A DNA stretch of 64,000 nt, from positions 384,001-448,000 of the forward strand of contig OZ240248.1 of assembly GCA_965198235.1 (NCBI GenBank), in the 5' to 3' direction. This DNA is from Candidatus Poribacteria bacterium (GTDB taxonomy: Bacteria > Poribacteria > WGA-4E > WGA-3G). Of this stretch, positions 56,590 to 64,000 are shown one piece after another; within the stretch, counting starts at the first letter, position 1, and every line of letters begins with the position of its first letter. The notes under the pieces are model-generated. The model worked only from the letters and a program-made list of their open reading frames with translations, ran no database searches and had not been told where the DNA came from. Position numbers and translations under genes: made by a program.

Positions 56590-58509
56590 TTAACTTAACT
56601 GCATTTCGCAGAGTTTTTGATATAATCCTCCCCTTGCTAACAGTGTTTCGTGTGTTCCAGTTTCCAGAATTTCCCCATCCTTGATAACGAGAATCTTGTC
56701 AGCCCGGACAACGGTTGAAAGTCGGTGAGCAATAATAAAGCAGGTTCTCCCTTCCATCAGGTTTACCAGCGATTCTTGGATGAGGGCTTCAGACTGTGTA
56801 TCCAATGAGGACGTGGCTTCATCTAAGATGAGAATCGGTGCATCTTTTAAGAGCGCACGGGCGATAGACAAGCGCTGCTGTTCACCTCCTGAGAGCTTCA
56901 TGCCCGCTTCACCTACGGGGGTCGTGTAACCTTGCGGGGTTTTTGTAATAAATTCGTGAGCATTTGCCTTTTTCGCTGCTGCGATAATCGCCTCATCAGT
57001 GGCACCCGGGCATCCGTAGCCGATGTTTTCCAAAATCGTGCCATCAAATAGGAACGTGTCCTGTGGAACAAGTGCAATGTTTTGTCGCAATGACTCCAAA
57101 TTTCCTTCGGAAATAGAGACATCGTCGATCAAAATCTTCCCAGAACTCACCTCATAGAAACGCAACAGTAGGTTGAGAAGGGTTGTCTTTCCACTGCCAC
57201 TCGGTCCGACAAGTGCTACAACTTCCCCCGGCTTTGCCTCAAAGGTTACATTGTCAATGACAGGTTTCGACCTTGTGTGCCGATTATCCGAATTTGTTGT
57301 TAAAGGCTGCGAGTAAGAAAAAGAGACGTTCTGAAATGTGACGGTGCCATGGATATTTTGCAGTTGAATCCCGCCTGTTGCGTCCTCAGACTTCGTATGG
57401 AGATTATACTGACGTTCGTCGTTCTCCTCATGCATCTCTGGTCCGAAGTCAAGGAGATAAAAGATCCGTTCCGCAGAGACGAGGCACTGTTGTAAAGCAC
57501 TGTTGACGCTGCCAATCGTTTTAATCGGCTTGAACATCCAGCTTACCATCGTAACGTAGCCGATAAACCATCCTGTGGAGAGTTGTCCTATAATGACTTG
57601 CCAGCAGCCTAATCCGAAAACAGTTGCAACACCGAGGGCTCCCAACCATTCGATCGTTGGTGGGAGAAGTGCTGCGAAACGGGCGCGTCGGACCGCTGAG
57701 CAGTACTGGTTCCAGTTGATGGCTTGGAAACGTTTGATTTCAGCATGTTCAGAGGTAAAACTTTTGATGATTTTGATACCGCTAAGCGTCTCTTTGAGTT
57801 GTGAATAGATATTCGCACTCTGTTGCTGAATTTCTATGCTGGCACCGCGAATTCGCGCGCCGATAGATGTGATGAAGTAAGCAAGAAATGGGAAAATAAG
57901 CAGGACGAACAGCGTGAGTTTGAAGCTTGTGATCAGCATTACAGAGCCAAAGACACCCACGAGAACAACAGCGCGGACAATGTTCGCCATCGCGGCGACG
58001 AGAGTTTGCCACACCCGGACATCGTCTGTGATGCGTGCCATGAGATCACCGGTGCGTTCTTCGCGTAAGATGCCTAAGGGTGCGGATACGATTCGCTCGT
58101 AAAGGGCACTCCGCAGCCGAAAAGCCAGTTTGTGCCCAACGCGCGCCATCACGTAATCGTTGCCGTAAACGAAGAAACCTTTGATGAATACGAGGATAAG
58201 CAATCCGCCTAACAGCCATAGGAAGGCTTTGAATGCATCACCGGCATCCGTCAATGAAATTTCGAGCCCTTCAAAAGCGAACATACCTTCGCGCTGGAAG
58301 TACCGGATGGATACAGTTTCGTTGAATGCGTTTCCACCGACAATTTCAAGCGTGTTAATCGTATCGGCTAAAATTTGAATAGCCCCTAAGTCGCACACGG
58401 CAACTACCAAGGCAAAAGCCATCGCTAAGAGAAGAGAGCCGGTGTAGGGTGCGTGATACCCGACAAATCGGGTAAAGGTTGGGTTTTTTGTGAAAGGTTT
58501 TTTGTCCAT
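56590..58509 (-). CDS. ABC exporter, fused TM plus ATPase (MsbA-like)
   Basis: GPSGSGKTT, LSGGEQQR, ILDEATS, IAHRLST. Confidence 0.93.
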   Translation of the reverse strand: MDKKPFTKNPTFTRFVGYHAPYTGSLLLAMAFALVVAVCDLGAIQILADTINTLEIVGGNAFNETVSIRYFQREGMFAFEGLEISLTDAGDAFKAFLWLLGGLLILVFIKGFFVYGNDYVMARVGHKLAFRLRSALYERIVSAPLGILREERTGDLMARITDDVRVWQTLVAAMANIVRAVVLVGVFGSVMLITSFKLTLFVLLIFPFLAYFITSIGARIRGASIEIQQQSANIYSQLKETLSGIKIIKSFTSEHAEIKRFQAINWNQYCSAVRRARFAALLPPTIEWLGALGVATVFGLGCWQVIIGQLSTGWFIGYVTMVSWMFKPIKTIGSVNSALQQCLVSAERIFYLLDFGPEMHEENDERQYNLHTKSEDATGGIQLQNIHGTVTFQNVSFSYSQPLTTNSDNRHTRSKPVIDNVTFEAKPGEVVALVGPSGSGKTTLLNLLLRFYEVSSGKILIDDVSISEGNLESLRQNIALVPQDTFLFDGTILENIGYGCPGATDEAIIAAAKKANAHEFITKTPQGYTTPVGEAGMKLSGGEQQRLSIARALLKDAPILILDEATSSLDTQSEALIQESLVNLMEGRTCFIIAHRLSTVVRADKILVIKDGEILETGTHETLLARGGLYQKLCEMQLS

Positions 58510-58582
58510 GCCGAGTCTGTCTGTTGGGTTTCACCTTCGGTTCAACCTGGGGGAAACACCCAAGCGAAAACCCCTACTTGCT

Positions 58583-59734
58583 TTATTTCAGTTGGTAATT
58601 ACCAAATTGGATGGCACATGCCTGCTTCGCGGCATCAGTTTTACACCGGATACTGAATTCTCGCTTTTGGAAATCGACAGTTTCAATGATCCCGATGGCG
58701 TAGGTATTACCGGTAGTGTCGATTAATCCAATCAAACGGTGTTGAAAATAAGCGCGGACTTCTGCTGTGACGTGCGTCAAACTTAAATAGTTTTTGATAT
58801 GTGTGGTAGCCGCTTTGGAAAGTGGTTTTGACGCAATGAGGCACAAGGTGCGATGTCCCCATTCGGCGTGGTAAACTTGCGTCTCCACGAGTCGGGAGAG
58901 GATTTCTAATTCCTTCTCATTTGCGACGCGCCCGATAAAGAAAGGGGTGCGCCCACCGCGAATCTGTTCAAATGGTAGGTATTGGATGCTATTTTCGGAC
59001 TTTTGTGGAACAAGTTCTGTATCGCAAGTTTCGCCACTTTCAACGGCAGGCTTTGGAAACCCGCAAGCTACGCCACTTTCAACAGCAAGCTTTGGCTTGC
59101 AAGCTACGCCAAAGTAGGCATCAAATCGGGCTTTTCGGTATCGGCTGCGCGCCTTGCTACTTTTAGATCGAATGTTTCGGTGTGGAAGCAGGTAGTGAAT
59201 GTTGAGCCAGTCCTGTTGGCTGTAGCATGCGGTTATCTGTTCCAATTCGCCGGAACGACCGATGCATACCACGTGGTTCGGTTTGATGAGCTCAATTTTG
59301 TGCTGTTTGAGAGTAACAGCGGGTGCGTCGTGAACGTAACCGCTCGTATCAACGACAATGAAATCAGCCTCGGTTTCACGTGCGCGATCTACCATTAACC
59401 GCGTCCCTGTTAGCACTTCAAGATAGTGCCCTCGTGGCGACAAATCCCCGACAAAATATAACTGATCAGCGATGCCATTGAACTGGACGGGGGAACTTTT
59501 TGGATCAAGGGATTTCATACCGATTGTCGTGGGAGGACCGATTTGAGATTGCCCGACATCTGTATCTACAAAAGCAGTTTTCAAACCCCGATCAATGGCA
59601 GAATCCGCCAAAAAACGGCAGAAGGTCGATTTTCCAACATCGGTTGACCCTATCACAAGTACAACCTGTTGAGATTTGACAATTCGACTCGCAAGTTTTT
59701 CCCAGTGTTGGTTAATTTGATACGTGTCATCCAT
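58583..59734 (-). CDS. Clp1/Grc3-family polynucleotide 5'-OH kinase
   Basis: IGSTDVGKST, DTDVGQS.IGPP, VDTSG, R..R..RF..YF. Confidence 0.85.
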   Translation of the reverse strand: MDDTYQINQHWEKLASRIVKSQQVVLVIGSTDVGKSTFCRFLADSAIDRGLKTAFVDTDVGQSQIGPPTTIGMKSLDPKSSPVQFNGIADQLYFVGDLSPRGHYLEVLTGTRLMVDRARETEADFIVVDTSGYVHDAPAVTLKQHKIELIKPNHVVCIGRSGELEQITACYSQQDWLNIHYLLPHRNIRSKSSKARSRYRKARFDAYFGVACKPKLAVESGVACGFPKPAVESGETCDTELVPQKSENSIQYLPFEQIRGGRTPFFIGRVANEKELEILSRLVETQVYHAEWGHRTLCLIASKPLSKAATTHIKNYLSLTHVTAEVRAYFQHRLIGLIDTTGNTYAIGIIETVDFQKREFSIRCKTDAAKQACAIQFGNYQLK

Positions 59735-59884
59735 TTTTTATGGCTTTCGGCTTGCTTCGCAGTGAGAACCATCAGCGGTCAGCAAGATGGCTTTCAGCTG
59801 TCAGCCTTCGGAAACCGTCAGTAAGAGAACCTCTTTGCTGACAAAAACTGAAAGCCGACGGCTGACGGTTATTGCTGCTGACGG

Positions 59885-60751
59885 CTATTTGCCAAGGCTC
59901 ATTTCATAACGAAAGGTGACACCGGGGAGGCTTAACATTTCATCCAAAGGGGGCATCTGTTTAATTCCGACGAGTTGTTCGAGCAGTGATGTCTTTTTTT
60001 CCTTACGTACGATCTTGGGTTTGCCTTCAATACCTGCTAACTCTCCGGCAGTTTCGATCGCATCATGGAGATTGCCGAGTTGGTCCAGTAGTTTTGAATC
60101 CAATGCCTGCTTCCCAGAGAAAATTCGTCCATCTGCGAGTTCAACGATTTCGGCGCGCGTTAAGAGACTCCCTCGTGCCTCGAAGATTGTATCCACAAAT
60201 TGATTGTAAACATCGTCTACGGTGGATTGGAGCACTGCCCGTTCCCGTTCGGTCAACTCACGGAAGGGTGAACCCGTATCTTTAAAGTCGCCGCTCTTAA
60301 TGACCTGATGCCCTAAGCCGACTTTGTCGTATAAACCCTTTAGCTGCGTGAATTGCATGATAACGCCGATGCTACCTGTCAAGGTGCCGGGGTTTGCGAA
60401 GATTGTGTCGGCGGCACACGCGACGTAGTAGCCGCCAGATGCCGCACTGCCTCCCATTGAAGCGACTATCGGTTTTTCTATCTTCTCCAGTTCGCTGTAA
60501 ATCTCTTGGACCGGGGCGACACTGCCGCCGGGGGAGTCGATTCTAATTACAATTGCTTTGATACTCGGATCATCGCGGTAGGTGTGGATCAGTTTAATCG
60601 TGGCATCTGAGCCGGAGATAGTACCTGTAATGTCTACCACTGCGACCTTCTCTCCGATTGACACGTTGCTGCCTATTGAACGTAAAATCAGTAGCAAGAA
60701 GAATAGCACGATGATACTTCCTAAGATAATGTAAATACGTCTCTTTTTCAT
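59885..60751 (-). CDS. sppA: signal peptide peptidase (S49)
   Basis: RIDSPGG, AASGGYY, TGSIGV, KSG.FKD, DGRIFSG.QA. Confidence 0.93.
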   Translation of the reverse strand: MKKRRIYIILGSIIVLFFLLLILRSIGSNVSIGEKVAVVDITGTISGSDATIKLIHTYRDDPSIKAIVIRIDSPGGSVAPVQEIYSELEKIEKPIVASMGGSAASGGYYVACAADTIFANPGTLTGSIGVIMQFTQLKGLYDKVGLGHQVIKSGDFKDTGSPFRELTERERAVLQSTVDDVYNQFVDTIFEARGSLLTRAEIVELADGRIFSGKQALDSKLLDQLGNLHDAIETAGELAGIEGKPKIVRKEKKTSLLEQLVGIKQMPPLDEMLSLPGVTFRYEMSLGK

Positions 60752-60915
60752 TTTTTTAACTATTAAGTTTTTTCTCCGATTGGTCTTACGGTTTCCCAAC
60801 CGGGTTTTCGATGCGTTTTTAGCGGCATCGGGGGTGATTAAAGGATTTATCGGTTATCAGTTGTCAGAAAGGCTTGCAATTCAGGGATCGTTTTACTTGG
60901 TAGCGAGACAGAGAG

Positions 60916-61683
60916 TTATTTGGAGCGGCGCGGTGCGAAGATGACCACCCAAAAGGTTTTTAGCAACCATCCTATATCAGCAGCGATGTTCTGTGTCGCA
61001 ACGTAGTGGAGATCCAATGCGAGCTTTTTTGGCATTAATTCCGTTATGTAGTAATGCTCTGTATCGAGTTGCCCTTTCAGTTTTTCCTCTTCATCGCGAT
61101 TAGCAAGTTGTGATGGACCGGTCATCCCTGGCTTTACTTGTAGCACCTGTTTCTGCGTCTGTGTGTAGTGCTTGACGTAATCGGGTGCTTCCGGACGCGG
61201 TCCAATGAGACTCATTTCACCTTTAATAACATTGATTAAGTTTGGGAGTTCGTCGAACTTCGTCCATCTCAAAAACCTGCCGATGGGTGTGATCCGTTCA
61301 TCTCTATAGGTTGTCAAGCTACCACCGAGCGTATCCGCATTTACTACCATAGTCCTGAATTTGTACATTTGAAAGATGATTTCGCCTCTGCCGACCCGTT
61401 TTGCTTTGTAAAATATGGGTCCTCTCGATTGCAATTTTGCGAGTAGACAACCAAAGAAAAAAAGGGGGGATAAAAGCACGAGTCCAATTGTCGCGAATAG
61501 GACATCGAACGTTCGTTTTGCCCAGTCACGTTTGGGTTCTATACCAACTTGGCTGTCGGCTTGCTTCGCAGTGAGAACTGTTCGGCTGTCGGCTATTTTG
61601 CTGACTGTCGACGGCTGATTGCTATTTTGCTGACGGCTGATGGCTGATGGCTGACTGCTATAAAAACACTTGGTATCGGGCAT
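60916..61683 (-). CDS. bacterial sugar transferase (initiating phosphoglycosyl transferase)
   Basis: KR.FD, YKFRTM, RIT..G.FLR..KFDELP, MSLIGPRPE, KPG.TG. Confidence 0.92.
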   Translation of the reverse strand: MPDTKCFYSSQPSAISRQQNSNQPSTVSKIADSRTVLTAKQADSQVGIEPKRDWAKRTFDVLFATIGLVLLSPLFFFGCLLAKLQSRGPIFYKAKRVGRGEIIFQMYKFRTMVVNADTLGGSLTTYRDERITPIGRFLRWTKFDELPNLINVIKGEMSLIGPRPEAPDYVKHYTQTQKQVLQVKPGMTGPSQLANRDEEEKLKGQLDTEHYYITELMPKKLALDLHYVATQNIAADIGWLLKTFWVVIFAPRRSK

Positions 61684-61705
61684 GTTATTACCCTACTTTG
61701 CAGGA

Positions 61706-63733
61706 CTAACGGCGGTTCGGGATAAGACTTTCCGTTTCCGTTGGGAACTGGATAATCTCAGACGCGCTTTCTTCATCGCTTTCCGTCAGGAACGCCCGGT
61801 TCGGCTGATATGTTGGCACCAGTTCTTGGAATTTAGAAACGATACCTTCCAAATCCAGCACGTCGGCGAGTTGTGAGAGTTCCTCAATCTGGGAAAGGAG
61901 CTGACGTTCCTCTATCTGCTCCAACTGTGCGACGAAAATACGCTGGTGTTTCGTTGCTGTAACGCCTTCTTGAGGGGTCAAGAGTTCCTCGTACAACTTT
62001 TCGCCCGGCTCTAAACCTGTAAATTCGATTTTGATGTCCGTGTCGACTTCAAGCCCGGAAAGGCGGATGAGGTCTTGGGCGAGGTCAAGAATTTTAATGG
62101 GTTCACCCATGTCTAACATCAGAATTTCGCCGCCGTTTCCCATAGCCCCTGCTTGTATGAGGAGTTGCACAGCTTCTGGAATTGTCATGAAGTAGCGTGT
62201 CGCTTCGCGATGTGTGACGGTGACGGGACCGCCTTTGGCGATCTGCCGTTTGAAATTGGGGATTACACTTGCACGACTTCCGATAACGTTTCCGAAGCGG
62301 ACTGCGATAAATCGGGTGCCGTTCTGCTTTGCTTTGCACTGAACTAATTTCTCCGTCACACGTTTGGAGGCACCGTAAACGCTCGTTGGGTTTACGGCTT
62401 TATCCGATGAGACGAGTATGAAAGCCTCTACTTCATGTTTGATTGCGGCATTGATGAGGTTTTGAGTGCCAAGTATGTTGTTTTTGACGGCTTCATCGGG
62501 ATGGTTTTCCATGAATTTAACATGCTTATGTGCAGCAGCGTGGAAAATAATATCGGGGCGATATTTGCGTGTAACTTGCGAAACTTTCGCATTATCTCGA
62601 ATGTCGCCGATAACTAAAGCGCGATTGAGTTGCGGTTCGGACTCCCGGAGTTCTATATCTGTATGGTAGAGGCTGTTTTCACCGCGCCCGAAGAGAATAA
62701 GGAGTTCCGGGTTCAGTTTCGCTACTTGGCGACAGAGTTCAGAACCGATTGAGCCGCCTGCTCCGGTTACCATCACGCGTTTTCCTGAGAGATGTTTAGA
62801 GACCTCAGCGAGGTCCATTTGCGAGGTAGACCGATTCAGAAGGTCCTCAAATCGGACTTCCCGGATCTGACTGACGCTGGCTCGCCCTTCAAGGATGGCA
62901 TGAATGTTGGGGACGATTTTAAACTGACATCCGCGGTATTCGCACTGTCGGATAATATCACGAATTTTGCCGCCTGGTGCTGAAGGGATAGCGATAACGA
63001 CCTCATCAATCTCGCGCTTGCGTGTGATATAGGTTAAGTCGCGGGTGGTCCCCAATACTTCAAGTCCTGCGACGCTTCTGTCCACTTTGTGTGGTGCATC
63101 GTCAATAAAGCCGATTGGCACGTAGCCTTTTTCAGGATGGTTTCTAAGCGCGCGGAGCACACCGATACCTGTTTCACCTGCCCCAACAATAAGGACTTTT
63201 GTTGGCAGTTTTTGTCTGGGCGGTTGCGATTCGGAGTTTAGTCCTATTGGACCTTTATTCTTCTGGGATCTCCTGTGTACCGACTGTTTATCTTGCTGGA
63301 GGATTTGCACGGAGAATTTGGTAAACCCGATGAGTGCGAAGTTATAAAATCCGTCAATTAAGAAGAGGACCCAGGCGATTTTCAATAGCATGGAAAGCCC
63401 AATGAGCCCTACAGTCGCGACTATAATCGCGGTTGCCAACGCGCGGAATTCTTTAGCAGCGGCATATTGCCATATCGGTTTGTATAGATTGAAAGCTAAC
63501 AAGAAACCGATACGGACTATCGTAACGACAGCGGCGGCACCGAGCCCGATAACATGCTGTGGCTGGAGAGGGGATAAGTCTGCACTCTGGAGTATAGCGA
63601 AGAGTGGTGCGGGTTGTTCTAAAAAATCAAAACCGAATTGCCTGCTGGTCAGGTAAGCGAACAGAAACGCGAGATTGACGAGAAGTACATCAACAACAAT
63701 TGTAAAACTCCACTTTATTTTGGATTTATCCAT
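61706..63733 (-). CDS. nucleoside-diphosphate sugar epimerase/dehydratase (CapD/PglF-like)
   Basis: N-terminal TMs, GAGE.G, TGAGGSIGSELCRQ, HAAAHKHV, SSDKAVNP, VRFGNV. Confidence 0.93.
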   Translation of the reverse strand: MDKSKIKWSFTIVVDVLLVNLAFLFAYLTSRQFGFDFLEQPAPLFAILQSADLSPLQPQHVIGLGAAAVVTIVRIGFLLAFNLYKPIWQYAAAKEFRALATAIIVATVGLIGLSMLLKIAWVLFLIDGFYNFALIGFTKFSVQILQQDKQSVHRRSQKNKGPIGLNSESQPPRQKLPTKVLIVGAGETGIGVLRALRNHPEKGYVPIGFIDDAPHKVDRSVAGLEVLGTTRDLTYITRKREIDEVVIAIPSAPGGKIRDIIRQCEYRGCQFKIVPNIHAILEGRASVSQIREVRFEDLLNRSTSQMDLAEVSKHLSGKRVMVTGAGGSIGSELCRQVAKLNPELLILFGRGENSLYHTDIELRESEPQLNRALVIGDIRDNAKVSQVTRKYRPDIIFHAAAHKHVKFMENHPDEAVKNNILGTQNLINAAIKHEVEAFILVSSDKAVNPTSVYGASKRVTEKLVQCKAKQNGTRFIAVRFGNVIGSRASVIPNFKRQIAKGGPVTVTHREATRYFMTIPEAVQLLIQAGAMGNGGEILMLDMGEPIKILDLAQDLIRLSGLEVDTDIKIEFTGLEPGEKLYEELLTPQEGVTATKHQRIFVAQLEQIEERQLLSQIEELSQLADVLDLEGIVSKFQELVPTYQPNRAFLTESDEESASEIIQFPTETESLIPNRR

Positions 63734-63816
63734 ATTCCCTCCTCAAGGGTTTTTAACGATTGGGTTTTCGCTCGATTTTCTCCGTTGAAAACCGGTTTCC
63801 ACCTGGATTAGTAGCT

Positions 63817-64000
63817 TCACGGGGCAGATTGCGGTTCGGTTTTGAAGTTCGGTGTATGAACTGCCTGTGCATATACATGCTTTAAACGTTCCCCGATCGC
63901 CTCCCAACTATAATTGGTTTCGACGCGAGTTCTGGCGGTTTGTGCGAGGGTCTGTCGCAAATGCTCATTATTGAGTAAATGAATGACATGTTTTGCAAAG
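63817..64000 (-). CDS. glycosyltransferase family 4, 3' end (runs off window)
   Basis: FAKHVIHLL...LRQTLAQTAR.RVETNYSWEAIGERL..VY...*. Confidence 0.75.
   Translation of the reverse strand, partial: FAKHVIHLLNNEHLRQTLAQTARTRVETNYSWEAIGERLKHVYAQAVHTPNFKTEPQSAP

Overview
64 kb of a bacterial chromosome. The gene content (C-terminal 'KL..TWG.LK' secreted proteins, PhyH dioxygenases, sulfatase, long TPR proteins, dense short palindromic repeats) suggests Candidatus Poribacteria or a relative; this is an inference. Most of the window is metabolic and envelope genes (cimA, dacB, Tat-exported SOD and molybdo-oxidase, sugar-acid catabolism, larC, recQ-like, sppA, polysaccharide genes). Accessory highlights: (1) a translationally coupled toxin-antitoxin-like pair at 5.9-7.3 kb, in which a PemK/MazF-fold toxin carries a ~110-aa TPR insertion and its partner has a duplicated antitoxin motif plus a HigA-like helical segment; (2) a 385-bp non-autonomous IS200/IS605 element (16853-17237) with intact ends, its own promoter and a TnpB omega-RNA-like scaffold, inserted exactly between the RBS and ATG of a fuconate-dehydratase-like gene; (3) a decayed defence island at 32-41.5 kb with IS982, a truncated IS3 fused to an hsdS remnant, Uma2, hsdR, and a three-gene operon (unknown protein, Panacea antitoxin, toxin) whose toxin is split by a 111-bp MITE; (4) a sigma-70 factor with a tandemly duplicated region 1.2-region 2 module. 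No rRNA, tRNA or CRISPR array was recognised.
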